Shown piece after piece: positions 27,032 through 36,384 of a stretch of DNA of 64,000 bases (the first letter of the stretch is position 1; each line of letters opens with the position of its first letter). The stretch is from Chloroflexia bacterium. GTDB lineage: Bacteria; Chloroflexota; Chloroflexia; QHBQ01; JAICKM01. The position numbers were made by a program, and so were the translations under genes. Under the pieces are notes generated by a model, which saw only the letters and a program-made list of their open reading frames with translations, was not told the DNA's origin and made no database searches. The stretch lies in NCBI GenBank assembly GCA_038228295.1, contig JBBRPH010000004.1, positions 11,118 through 75,117 of the forward strand, read 5' to 3'.

Positions 27032-27036
27032 CCTCG

Positions 27037-27360
27037 TTACTGTTTCAGCAGTTCCAGGTCCGCCGCGTCCACAGTCGGCTTCTGGCGCACCAGCGCCATG
27101 ATGATCGCTAACCCCACTGAGGCTTCGGCCGCCGCGACCGTGATCACAAAGACCACAAACGCTTGCCCGGCCAGCGAGTTCAGCGCCGCGCCGAACGCTA
27201 CCAGGCTAACATTGACGGCGTTCATCATCAGTTCTACCGACATAAAGATCACCAGCACATTGCGCCGGGTTAGCACCCCGACCATGCCGATGGCAAACAG
27301 GATACCGCTCAGGATCAGATACCACTCCAGCGGCACGGGTACGCCTGCGTCATAGTTCAT
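27037..27360 (-). CDS. nuoK: NADH-quinone oxidoreductase subunit K
   Basis: About 107 aa, 3 TM, conserved membrane Glu (AAAEASVGLAI). Start at the second ATG (27360), 6 nt after a perfect AGGAGG. Confidence 0.9.
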   Translation of the reverse strand: MNYDAGVPVPLEWYLILSGILFAIGMVGVLTRRNVLVIFMSVELMMNAVNVSLVAFGAALNSLAGQAFVVFVITVAAAEASVGLAIIMALVRQKPTVDAADLELLKQ

Positions 27361-27372
27361 CATGGTCCTCCT

Positions 27373-27414
27373 GATGCGTGAAACCTGAAGCGTGAAATGT
27401 AATGTCGAATCGTT
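27373..27414. repeat. Degenerate 7-nt-period array (GAAnnnT) in the nuoJ-nuoK spacer
   Basis: GATGCGT GAAACCT GAAGCGT GAAATGT AATGTCG AATCGTT. GCGTGAAATGT recurs at 55687-55697. Confidence 0.6.
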
Positions 27415-27453
27415 TGTGAGCAATAATAACAGCTACTTCAAACAGTTCACGTT

Positions 27454-28341
27454 TTACTTCGGCAACCCTGTGGTCGTGCCGTCCCCAGCAGGAGGCCGGC
27501 TACCGGCGGCGACAGGTACGGGCGGGTCGTCGGTGTCATAGGTGTTGCCTAAGGGGCGCACGATTCGCACGCCCGGCACATCACGGGCCAGCGCTTTGCC
27601 CTGCTCGATGGCCTGCGGAGAACCCGGCGGCGCGGCGTTGCGGCCCAAGCTAATCCCCAATGTGGCGTACTCGTTGGGCGACGTGCTTTCGCGCCGCGCC
27701 AGCACAATCGCGCCGACCACAGCCACCAGCAGGATAAACGACGCGATTTCAAAGGGCATCAGGAAGCTGGTGTAGAGTTCCACACCGAGCGCGCGGGGTT
27801 GGCCGTTGTAGGCGGCCACTTCGGCCGCCGGCCAGCCGCCGCCGGGGTTGTTCAACGCCGCACCCGTCACTGCGGGACCGCTCACCACCGGGGTGGTCGC
27901 CGGCGCGACTGCTTGGTGTTGGATCGTGCCGGCGGGTAAAGGCGGCGCTTTTAGTGTCGCGGCCAGCGTGATCACGGCTACCAGTTCGACCCCTAAGAGC
28001 AAGCCGACCGGCCAGGCCACCACGCGCTGAATCTTGTGCGTATCGGCCAGGCTTGGTCCCTCGCGCAATTGCAGCAGCATGATCACGAATAAGAATAGCA
28101 CCAGGATCGCGCCCGCATAGACTAGCACCTGCAACACGGCCAGGAAAGGCGCGTTGAGCAGCACATACACGCCGGCCAACTGGAACAGCACGATCACCAA
28201 TAGCAACGCACTATGCACCGCGTCACTGCGCGTGATCATGAACAGTGCGGCGATCACCGCGAGGGCCGCCAAGCTCAGAAACACAATTTCCGGCACTGAA
28301 GGCACTGGTATAGCGAACCCGCCGAGGTTGAGTACATTCAC
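27454..28341 (-). CDS. nuoJ: NADH-quinone oxidoreductase subunit J (extended)
   Basis: N-terminal NuoJ core (AVHSALLLVIVLFQLAGVYVLLNAPFLAVLQVLVYAGAILVLFLFVIMLL) plus a Pro/Ala-rich insert and a C-terminal tail; 295 aa. Confidence 0.85.
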   Translation of the reverse strand: MNVLNLGGFAIPVPSVPEIVFLSLAALAVIAALFMITRSDAVHSALLLVIVLFQLAGVYVLLNAPFLAVLQVLVYAGAILVLFLFVIMLLQLREGPSLADTHKIQRVVAWPVGLLLGVELVAVITLAATLKAPPLPAGTIQHQAVAPATTPVVSGPAVTGAALNNPGGGWPAAEVAAYNGQPRALGVELYTSFLMPFEIASFILLVAVVGAIVLARRESTSPNEYATLGISLGRNAAPPGSPQAIEQGKALARDVPGVRIVRPLGNTYDTDDPPVPVAAGSRPPAGDGTTTGLPK

Positions 28342-28358
28342 AGTCAGTTCCCCTGTCT

Positions 28359-29003
28359 CTAGCCGGCAGTCTGCGAGTCGTTTTTGTTCTGCGCGCCCTG
28401 GCCGGCGACTTCGGTGCCGGTGGGACGGGCCAGTTGCGACGGGCGCGTGGTGCGGCCCGGCAACGCCGGTTGCACAGCCACGCCTTCCAGCCGCTCATTG
28501 AGTTCGGCCATGTAGGTCTTGCCCATCTGCAAAATGCGGTGCTTATCGTAGATCGTCTCGGCTCGATTGTCGGTTGCCATCTCGAAGTGATGGCTCATCA
28601 CCAACGCCTCGACCGGGCAGACTTCGACGCAGAGACCGCAGTAGAGGCAGCGCGTTTCGTTGATGTGATAGTAGTAGCTGAACTTCTGGCTTTCACGCTC
28701 AGTCGGGTCCAGTCCCTTCATGTAATAATGCTCGAAGGGGTGCCACTCGTCGCGGTGGTCCGCGCCCTCGGTCTCATCTTCCACCACGCCAATCGTGATC
28801 GCGTCTACCGGGCAGATTTGCGGGCACAAGCCACAGCCCACGCACTTTTCGCGTCCCGTGTCGGGGTGCGGCAGGAAGCCCACTGCGCCCCGGAAGCGCG
28901 GTGCCAAGTCGCGCAGCGCATCCGGGTAGTTGACCGTGACGGTCGGCCCCACCATCGTGCGGAGGGTCAGCAGAAAGCCGCTGATTTGATCAGTAAGTTC
29001 CAT
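28359..29003 (-). CDS. nuoI: NADH-quinone oxidoreductase subunit I
   Basis: Two 4Fe-4S motifs: CVGCGLCPQICP and CLYCGLCVEVCP. Confidence 0.9.
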   Translation of the reverse strand: MELTDQISGFLLTLRTMVGPTVTVNYPDALRDLAPRFRGAVGFLPHPDTGREKCVGCGLCPQICPVDAITIGVVEDETEGADHRDEWHPFEHYYMKGLDPTERESQKFSYYYHINETRCLYCGLCVEVCPVEALVMSHHFEMATDNRAETIYDKHRILQMGKTYMAELNERLEGVAVQPALPGRTTRPSQLARPTGTEVAGQGAQNKNDSQTAG

Positions 29004-29025
29004 CGGTTCTCCTCGAAAGTCTCGG

Positions 29026-30312
29026 TTACAGGCCCGGTCGCAGTTCGATGCGCCGGGCGGCTTCGGCGGTTGGTGCGGCGGTCAGGCCACCGGCGGTTAG
29101 CCCCCCAGTGAGTGCAGGGCGCTCCGACTTGCCGAACCAGCTTCCTGCCATTGCCCGCGATACCTGCATGATCACCAGCGCCGCAAACACTAGTTGTACT
29201 GCGATAAAGGCCAGCCAGGGCCAAGTCTGTTCTAGGGTGCCGTGGAAGATCGGTGGTGTGTTCACCGGCACCAGATAACGCATGATCGCCAGTATACCGA
29301 TATTGACCAACACCAAGGGCAGAATCCCTTTCCAGCAGATGCCCATCAGTTGGTCGTAGCGGAAGCGCGGCACCGTCCAGCGTAGCCAATAGTAGAAGAA
29401 GATAAAGCCCGACATTTTCAGGATAAACCAGATGGGGCCAAGTGCCGCGCCGCCAATCGGGATGATCGGTTGCCACCCGCCCAGGAAGCAGTATGTCGCG
29501 ATAGCCGACACAGTGATCATGTTGATGTATTCGGCCAGGAAGTAGAGACCAAAGTGCATCGCGCCGAACTCAACGTGATAGCCGCCGACCAGTTCCGCTT
29601 CCGCTTCCGGTAAGTCAAACGGGGTGCGGTTCGTTTCGGCAATCGCCGAGATCAGGTAGGTGAGGAAAGCCACCGGTTGCAATAGGATTAGCCAGACCCC
29701 CGGTGTACCCGCCAAATTGATGCCGGTCACTTGCGAACCGCCTTGCGCGCGCGCAATATCGCCCAAGCTTAGCGATTGCGCCAGCATCATCACACCGATC
29801 AGCGAGATACCCATCGTCACTTCATAGCTGATCACCTGCGCGCTTGACCGCAAGCCACCGAGCAGCGCGTATTTGTTGTTGGAACTCCATGCGCCCATGA
29901 TCAGTCCGTACACACCGAGCGAGGAGAGCGCCAGCAGCGCGATCAGCCCCACCGGTGTTTCGCTGATGTAGTAGGGGATAGTGCGTCCGAACAATGTGAT
30001 CTGCTCACCGAACGGCACGAAGGCATACGCTGCCGACGCCGTAAACATACTGAGCATTGGCGCGATCCAGAAGACCACCTTATCGGCTCCTGCCGGAATG
30101 ATCTCCTCTTTGTGGATCAGTTTGATCGCGTCAGCCAACCACTGCGCTAGGCCCAGGAACCCAGTGCGGTTTGGCCCTTGCCGCTGCTGCATATGGGCCG
30201 CCACCTTGCGCTCAAAGTAGGTCAGGAAGCCCATTGTCACCAACACAAACGTCAGGATCGCGACCATGACGATCATGCGGATCAGGATCCATACCCAGTC
30301 AAAGTTCTCCAT
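29026..30312 (-). CDS. nuoH: NADH-quinone oxidoreductase subunit H
   Basis: FERKVAAHMQQRQGPNRTG and ETNRTPFDLPEAEAELVGGYHVE motifs. Start at ATG 30312 with GAGGAG 6 nt upstream; the 30408 start would overlap nuoG. Confidence 0.9.
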   Translation of the reverse strand: MENFDWVWILIRMIVMVAILTFVLVTMGFLTYFERKVAAHMQQRQGPNRTGFLGLAQWLADAIKLIHKEEIIPAGADKVVFWIAPMLSMFTASAAYAFVPFGEQITLFGRTIPYYISETPVGLIALLALSSLGVYGLIMGAWSSNNKYALLGGLRSSAQVISYEVTMGISLIGVMMLAQSLSLGDIARAQGGSQVTGINLAGTPGVWLILLQPVAFLTYLISAIAETNRTPFDLPEAEAELVGGYHVEFGAMHFGLYFLAEYINMITVSAIATYCFLGGWQPIIPIGGAALGPIWFILKMSGFIFFYYWLRWTVPRFRYDQLMGICWKGILPLVLVNIGILAIMRYLVPVNTPPIFHGTLEQTWPWLAFIAVQLVFAALVIMQVSRAMAGSWFGKSERPALTGGLTAGGLTAAPTAEAARRIELRPGL

Positions 30313-30334
30313 AATCTGCTCCTCAGCGGCTCCT

Positions 30335-33295
30335 CTAGGCGGGTGGCAAGACGAGATTGCGCGTGTCGAGTACGTTGGCGGTGGCCGGGCCGGGGCCAAT
30401 CTGGGCATCGCCGGTCGCGCCGCCGTAGAGCGGGGTCACCGTGATCGCAATGGCCTGCACGCCGTCGTGACCGTTGCTCTGCACCGCTAACGCTTGGCGC
30501 ACCAGCGGACTGCGCCCGGCCTGGGCCATCGTCAGCGCCAGAAATGCGGTACCCGGTGGCACTTGCGCGCTGACTAGGGTGATCGCATCCACCGGCCGGT
30601 TGTTCAACTCGGAGCCGGCGGTGCCGTCTACCGCTTGTGCGAGGGAACTCTGCCCCGCGCCGGCGGTGACGCGCACCTGCTCCACATCGCGCAGCCCCAG
30701 CCGCTCCGCATCGGTCGGGTGCAGGTGCAGGCGGCTGTGCGGCTGCACCTTTGCCAGCGCCCGGCTGTGGCGCGACGTGCTGCCGGTGCGGAACGGGAAC
30801 AGGCTGAACCCGACGATCATTCGCAATTGGCCGTCATTGGGCAGGGCGGAGGCATTGCTTGGCGCGGCGCTGAGGCGGAAGGCACGGGTTGCGCTACCGT
30901 CGCTATATAACGCTGCGCTGCCGGGGTGATCCGCCGATAGGCAAGGCCATTGCAGGCCGTTGACGCGCAACTGCTTGTACGACGTTGCGCCCGGCATCGG
31001 GATCGCGTCTTCCAGATAAAGCGGGCTTTCCAGCCGCCCGTAGCTCACGCCGCCGTAAATCGGCACCAAGCGCGCGATCTCGTCCATCACATCGGTTGGC
31101 CGTGGGTAGGGCATCGAAAGACCGAAGCGATAGCCGAGTTCCACAAAAATCGCGCTGTCGGTGCGGCTTAGGCCCACGGTCTCCCGCGCCTTCCGCACGC
31201 GCTGGATGCGCCGCTCGGTGTTGGTGAAGGTGCCGTCTTTCTCCAGGTACGAGGCGACCGGCAGTACCACATGGGCTAGTTCCGCCGTCTCGTTCATAAA
31301 CAGGTCTTGCACCACCAGGAAATCGAGCCGGCGCAACGCGGCGCGCGCAACTTCGGGATCGCTCGCATCCACCACCGGGTTCGACCCGGCGATCAACATG
31401 GCCCGTAAGCGCCCGTCGCCGGCGGCGGTGATCATATCAGGGTAGCTCAGACCGGGAGCCGTCGCCAGTTGCACAGGACGCTCTGGGTCCACGGTCCAGG
31501 CGTTAGCGAAGTGACCCACTGCCGCGCCGTCAAGCGGCGCGTAGCCGGGCAAACGGTCGGGCCGGCAGCCCATATCGTTGAGGCCCAGGCTGTTGGCATC
31601 CCCGACTAGCGGGTTGACTCCGCCGCCGGCTCGGCCTACGTTGCCCGTGACGATAGCCAGGTTGCACAGCGCGCGCACCGCTCCGGCAGTCAGCACATAG
31701 GGCCCGCGCGCCGAGAACAGGATGGTCGCAGCGGGGTTTTCTTTCTTGGGCGCATCGGCGGCAGGCGGGGTCTTCGGCGCGGCCGTCTGCGTACCGCCGG
31801 TGGCGTATAGATAGGCTGCTGTGGTTATATCTTCGACCGATACCCCGGTGATCGCACTAACTGTCTCGGGGCTGTACCCACCCAGCGACTGTACTGTCGC
31901 TTGCGCGCCGTCGGCCCCTTGTAGCGCCGCCACATCGGCGAGGCTTTGGCTCAGGATTAGGCGCGTGATGCTGTGCAGCAAGATCTCTTCGGTGCCCGGT
32001 TTGGGCGAGAGGGTCAAGGTGGCCCATTCGCTCATCTTGTTCCAGCGCGGGCTGATCACCACGACTTTCGCGCTCCGCAAGCGCACCATGCGCTGCAACT
32101 GATAGGCATAGACCGGGTGCGTCTCATAGATGCTGTCGCCGACGATCAAGACGCAGCCGGCTTTCTGGCGCGTGTCCAGCAGGTTGTTGGTCATCGCGCC
32201 GTAGCCGAACGCTTCTTCCAGCACCGCTAGCGCCGTTGCTTCGGGATAGCGCCCGTCGGAGTCGATGTTATTGCTACCCAGTCCGGCACGCACCACTTTT
32301 TGCAGCAAATACGCTTCTTCGTTCGTCAACTTCGAGCCGGCCAGCGCACCGATTGCGCCGCGATTGGCCTCCAGTCGCTCCACTATCAGATCGAACGCTT
32401 CTTGCCACGAGGCTTGCATAAAGGTGCCGTCAGCTTGGCGAATCAGCGGCGTAGTTAGGCGGTTTTTGTCGTTTACCACGTCCTGACCGTAGCGGCCCTT
32501 AACGCAGATGATGCCGTCGTTGATACCCACGCTGTCCTGCGACCGTACTTCGGCCATCAGGTTGTTATGTACGCCCACCTGCATGGTGCAGCCGACCGCA
32601 CAGGATTGGCAGGTCGTGCGCGTCTTGCGCTGTTGCCAGTGGTGGGCCGGGCGCAATTGGATGCGGCTACTAAGCGCGCCCACCGGGCAGACTTCAACGC
32701 AGGTGCCGCACTCGACGCAGGGCGTGTCCATTAGCGACTTGCCGAACGCCGCGTCAATCACCGACTCGATACCACGCTGCACATAGGCTAGCGCAACCGC
32801 GCCGATCTGCTCGTCGCAGGCGCGCACACAGCGCCCACACAGCACACAGCGGTCGCGGTCCAGGTCAATGGCGGGCGAGAGGCGTTCAGCAGGGCGCACA
32901 ATCTTGGGCCGGCGCAACTCTTTGCCGATCACACCGTACTCGTAGCCGTAGTCTTGCAAGCGGCAGTCGCCGTTGGCCTCGCAAATCGGGCAATCGAGCG
33001 GGTGGTCCACATCCAGCAGCTCCATGATCATGTGGCGCTGCTCCCAGACCTGTTCGGTCAGGGTGCGGATCTCCATGCCCTCTTTGGCGGGCATCGAACA
33101 CGAAATGCCGATCTCCCAGCCTTTGCGGCCTTTCGTCTCCACCGCGCACATTCGGCACGCGCCAAAGGCGCGCAACCCCGGCAGATAGCAGAAGTTGGCA
33201 ATGTCAATACCGATCTTGCGGGCGGCATCAATCATATAGGTGCCTTCGGGCACCTGGACCTTGATCCCGTCAATGAGAACGTTTACGTCAGCCAT
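30335..33295 (-). CDS. nuoG: NADH-quinone oxidoreductase subunit G (986 aa)
   Basis: N-terminal 2Fe-2S (CYLPGLRAFGACRMC), HPLDCPICEANGDCRLQ, CVLCGRCVRAC and CVECGTCVEVCP, followed by a molybdopterin-oxidoreductase-like domain. Confidence 0.9.
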   Translation of the reverse strand: MADVNVLIDGIKVQVPEGTYMIDAARKIGIDIANFCYLPGLRAFGACRMCAVETKGRKGWEIGISCSMPAKEGMEIRTLTEQVWEQRHMIMELLDVDHPLDCPICEANGDCRLQDYGYEYGVIGKELRRPKIVRPAERLSPAIDLDRDRCVLCGRCVRACDEQIGAVALAYVQRGIESVIDAAFGKSLMDTPCVECGTCVEVCPVGALSSRIQLRPAHHWQQRKTRTTCQSCAVGCTMQVGVHNNLMAEVRSQDSVGINDGIICVKGRYGQDVVNDKNRLTTPLIRQADGTFMQASWQEAFDLIVERLEANRGAIGALAGSKLTNEEAYLLQKVVRAGLGSNNIDSDGRYPEATALAVLEEAFGYGAMTNNLLDTRQKAGCVLIVGDSIYETHPVYAYQLQRMVRLRSAKVVVISPRWNKMSEWATLTLSPKPGTEEILLHSITRLILSQSLADVAALQGADGAQATVQSLGGYSPETVSAITGVSVEDITTAAYLYATGGTQTAAPKTPPAADAPKKENPAATILFSARGPYVLTAGAVRALCNLAIVTGNVGRAGGGVNPLVGDANSLGLNDMGCRPDRLPGYAPLDGAAVGHFANAWTVDPERPVQLATAPGLSYPDMITAAGDGRLRAMLIAGSNPVVDASDPEVARAALRRLDFLVVQDLFMNETAELAHVVLPVASYLEKDGTFTNTERRIQRVRKARETVGLSRTDSAIFVELGYRFGLSMPYPRPTDVMDEIARLVPIYGGVSYGRLESPLYLEDAIPMPGATSYKQLRVNGLQWPCLSADHPGSAALYSDGSATRAFRLSAAPSNASALPNDGQLRMIVGFSLFPFRTGSTSRHSRALAKVQPHSRLHLHPTDAERLGLRDVEQVRVTAGAGQSSLAQAVDGTAGSELNNRPVDAITLVSAQVPPGTAFLALTMAQAGRSPLVRQALAVQSNGHDGVQAIAITVTPLYGGATGDAQIGPGPATANVLDTRNLVLPPA

Positions 33296-33365
33296 AAAGC
33301 CTTCCTTAGCTTGCTAGTGTCCCGCACTGCTGCGTATGCGTAATTGTGAACCTCATGTCGGGCCT

Positions 33366-33836
33366 CTAAATATCGCTCCAATTACGAGCATTAACAAACA
33401 GGCCCAGGTGACGCACGTTAGTCGTTGCTATAATTACGGTTGTTCTTTTAAGTGGGAGCATTACTACCTGAGCCGCCAAAATTACATCGCCGTCAAGCGC
33501 TTTATCACTGGCCGTTGTTGCTCCTTGTTGCCGCACCTGTGCCCAATATTCAGCGGCTTTTCGCATCACCGAGGTTGTTATGGCTGCGTATTCAGCTTCT
33601 GCTAACACGGTTTCTAGGCGACGCAATCCGGTAGTTTTCCCAGCCCGCAGTAATTCTCGTCGGACTTCATAATCCGCAATTTCGGGAATAACGACTCTGT
33701 CTCCCTTTACTGCCAAACCGCGCAACCAAGTGCTTGATGCTTCTGCTTCCGGTGACGCATTAGGATTAGATACCAACCCTAACACATTGCTATCTAAAAC
33801 AATGGTGCGCCTCATGAAAAGAATAATTCCTGCCAT
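33366..33836 (-). CDS. PIN-domain ribonuclease (VapC-like toxin)
   Basis: IVLDSNVL (first acidic residue), PEIADYEVRRE, LDGDVILAAQ and IIATTNVRHL follow the PIN acidic-residue pattern. Visibly lower GC. The start may be M8 (33815). Confidence 0.7.
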   Translation of the reverse strand: MAGIILFMRRTIVLDSNVLGLVSNPNASPEAEASSTWLRGLAVKGDRVVIPEIADYEVRRELLRAGKTTGLRRLETVLAEAEYAAITTSVMRKAAEYWAQVRQQGATTASDKALDGDVILAAQVVMLPLKRTTVIIATTNVRHLGLFVNARNWSDI

Positions 33837-33851
33837 GAAAAACGGATGCTC

Positions 33852-34196
33852 CTAGGGACGATCTTCGGCTAAAGCACGCTTTAGATATTCTAAAGTCTCG
33901 CGCTGATCCGTAACTTCTGCTTCATCTGCGGTGGCCCAAGAGTCCAGGAGGGTAATTAACCCTTGATTGCGCTTGATTTGGGCTTGTCGCTCGGCTTCCT
34001 CAATAACAGTCACTAGTTGATTCAGTGTTTCATGTAACTGCTGCGTCAAACTCGCCACCTGCGTTTGCTGTTGCGGGGTGAGATCATTCCACAGCTCCGG
34101 TAGTTGCTGGATTGCTTCTAATTCGGCTTCCGGTAGCAAAAGAGCTATCGTGTCCTGAGTCATACTGTCTGGTGCCAAACTCCTTGTCGTAGTCAT
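33852..34196 (-). CDS. Putative cognate antitoxin, family not recognised
   Basis: 114-aa acidic, Gln/Glu/Leu-rich predicted helical protein ending 15 nt upstream of the PIN ORF on the same strand. No RHH, AbrB, Phd or HTH motif is recognisable by eye. Confidence 0.4.
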   Translation of the reverse strand: MTTTRSLAPDSMTQDTIALLLPEAELEAIQQLPELWNDLTPQQQTQVASLTQQLHETLNQLVTVIEEAERQAQIKRNQGLITLLDSWATADEAEVTDQRETLEYLKRALAEDRP

Positions 34197-34276
34197 AGAA
34201 CACCTCCGTTTCTGTTAGAGCCGCGATCCCTAACACACCCCTCATTAGCACTTCGCCCCGGCTATCTTAGCACAGA

Positions 34277-34312
34277 TCCGATCCCGGTGCTGCGGCCAAC
34301 AAAGGGATCGGA
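34277..34312 (-). other. 9-bp stem hairpin 17 nt downstream of the nuoF stop
   Basis: TCCGATCCC (34277-34285) / GGGATCGGA (34304-34312), 18-nt loop. No U-tract follows on the minus strand. Confidence 0.5.
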
Positions 34313-34328
34313 CCTGTGCCCAGTGTGA

Positions 34329-36335
34329 TCAACTGCGCGGTGTGACCACAATCGTATTGCTCGGTGTGGCAGCGGTACCGGAACTATTACTCTGTCCGTT
34401 ACCGCTGTTGCTCGTGCCGCCGTTGGGCGGGCCGGGCGGCAGGGTGCCGGCGGTGCGGGCGAAATCGCGGTTGCCGGAGCTGCCCAGCGCATGGGCGCGG
34501 CTGCTGACGCGCACCGGCAGGAACGGGGTCTCGAACGCGCCGACCGTCTGACCGCCCTGTTTGCGCGCCTGGATCTCGTTCAGCTTGGTGCAGGTATGTG
34601 TGCGGCAGAACTTGTCGGTGATATGCTCCTCGAACTCCGGGCGGAACCAACGGATGCCGCCGACTAGCGGTAGCGGCGCGGTCTGGCCCAGGCCACAGAG
34701 CGACATCTCGACGACGTGTTCGCTCCAGCGGCTCATCACCGTCAAGTCGTCCGCGCGCCCACCGCCGAAGGCGATGCGGTCCGTCATTTCGAGCAGCGAC
34801 TTGGTGCCGATGCGGCAAGGGAAGCACTTGCCGCACGACTGGTAGCGATTGAAGCGGTTGAAGTAGCGGCTCATGTCCACAATGCACACGCTGTCGTCAT
34901 AGACGACATAGCCGCCGCTGCCCATCGTGCCGCCGGCCGGTTCCAGCGATTGGAAGTCCATGGGCAGATCCAGATGTTGCTCGGCCAAGCAGCCACCGGA
35001 AGGGCCGCCGGTCTGGATGGCCTTGAACGGGCGTGCCCCCGTGCCGCCGCCACAGGTCTCCACCAGATCGCGCATCGTCTTGCCCATTTCGAGTTCGACC
35101 GTGCAGACGCGCTCAATGTTACCCATCAGCGTGAACAGCTTGGTGCCCTTGCTCGACTCGGTGCCCATCGCCGTATACCATGCCGCCCCGTTCTTGAGGA
35201 TATAAGGCACGTTGATCATGGTCTCGACGTTGTTGACGCAGGTGGGCAACCCGAACAGCCCCGCCTCGACCGAACGCTGCACCTTTGCGCGGGGCATGGC
35301 GCGCTTGCCCTCGATGCCGAACATCAGCGCGGTACCTTCGCCGGAGATATACGCGCCGCCGCCCATCTGCACATCCACATGGCATGAGAAGCCGCTGCCC
35401 AGGATGTTGTCGCCCAGCAGGCCCAGTGCGTAGGCCGCCTTGACCGCCTCTTTGGTGCGGTGGATCGCCAACGGATATTCGTCGCCGACATAGAAGTAGG
35501 CCCATGGCGTGCCGATGGCATAGCACTGGATGATCATGCCTTCGAGGACCGCGTGCGGGTCGCTTTCCAGCAGCCGACGGTCCTTGAACACGTTCGGCTC
35601 GCCCTCGTGTGCGTTGCAGATGACATACTTGGGGGTGCGGCGGGCTTTGCGTGCGCCTTCCCACTTGATGCCTGCCGGGAAGCCGGCCCCGCCGCGTCCG
35701 CGCAGGTTCGAGTCGGTGATCGTCTTGATGATATCTTCGGGCTTCATGCCGGCCAGCACTTGGCGCAGCATCGAGTAGCCGCCGCGCGCGATGTAGTCGT
35801 CAATCGATTCGGGGTCAACATAGCCCATGTTGCTCATGACGATGCGCTTTTGCAGCCGGAACTGGTCCAACTCCAACGCGGCGGGCACGCCCTGCACGCC
35901 CTGCGTCGAGTTGTTGAAGTCGGCTTGATCGAAGACGCAGAAGGCCCATTCCTGCTTGATCCCATTCTGCCGCAGCGTCGTTTGCAGCAACTCCGGCACG
36001 CGGTCGGCGGTGATGCCGCTATAGCAGATGCGCGGACCGTTGGGCATGAGGATATCCACCAGCGGCTCGGCATAGTCGGGGCCGATGCAGCCGGTACGCC
36101 GCAGGACAGCGTTCACGCCGTTGCTCTTCAGCCACGCGCCAATGGCCCGGAAGGTCTCCACCGCGCCGTGCGCCACGCTGCACGATCCCCAGCCCACCAA
36201 GATCACCGGGCGGTCGGCGTTGAGATACGTCTGATTCCAATGCCCTTTGGCCGCCTGCACCCGCGCGTCAAACTGCTCCGGGGTCATCCGGCCCCGAATG
36301 CTGGTGTCCATCGAATAGAATGCTGCGCTGCTCAT
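34329..36335 (-). CDS. nuoF: NADH-quinone oxidoreductase subunit F with N- and C-terminal extensions (668 aa)
   Basis: FMN/NADH site LRGRGGAGFPAGIKWE and 4Fe-4S motif SCGKCFPCRIGT. Preceded by an extra thioredoxin-like region of about 165 aa and followed by a low-complexity tail of about 70 aa. Confidence 0.9.
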   Translation of the reverse strand: MSSAAFYSMDTSIRGRMTPEQFDARVQAAKGHWNQTYLNADRPVILVGWGSCSVAHGAVETFRAIGAWLKSNGVNAVLRRTGCIGPDYAEPLVDILMPNGPRICYSGITADRVPELLQTTLRQNGIKQEWAFCVFDQADFNNSTQGVQGVPAALELDQFRLQKRIVMSNMGYVDPESIDDYIARGGYSMLRQVLAGMKPEDIIKTITDSNLRGRGGAGFPAGIKWEGARKARRTPKYVICNAHEGEPNVFKDRRLLESDPHAVLEGMIIQCYAIGTPWAYFYVGDEYPLAIHRTKEAVKAAYALGLLGDNILGSGFSCHVDVQMGGGAYISGEGTALMFGIEGKRAMPRAKVQRSVEAGLFGLPTCVNNVETMINVPYILKNGAAWYTAMGTESSKGTKLFTLMGNIERVCTVELEMGKTMRDLVETCGGGTGARPFKAIQTGGPSGGCLAEQHLDLPMDFQSLEPAGGTMGSGGYVVYDDSVCIVDMSRYFNRFNRYQSCGKCFPCRIGTKSLLEMTDRIAFGGGRADDLTVMSRWSEHVVEMSLCGLGQTAPLPLVGGIRWFRPEFEEHITDKFCRTHTCTKLNEIQARKQGGQTVGAFETPFLPVRVSSRAHALGSSGNRDFARTAGTLPPGPPNGGTSNSGNGQSNSSGTAATPSNTIVVTPRS

Positions 36336-36349
36336 CGCTGTTCCCCTAG

Positions 36350-36384
36350 TCGTCGGTCGTCGGTCGTTAGTCGTTGATCGTCAG
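36350..36384. repeat. Heptamer array (TCGTCGG TCGTCGG TCGTTAG TCGTTGA TCGTCAG) in the nuoE-nuoF spacer
   Basis: Five 7-nt units starting 15 nt upstream of the nuoF start codon. Confidence 0.85.
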
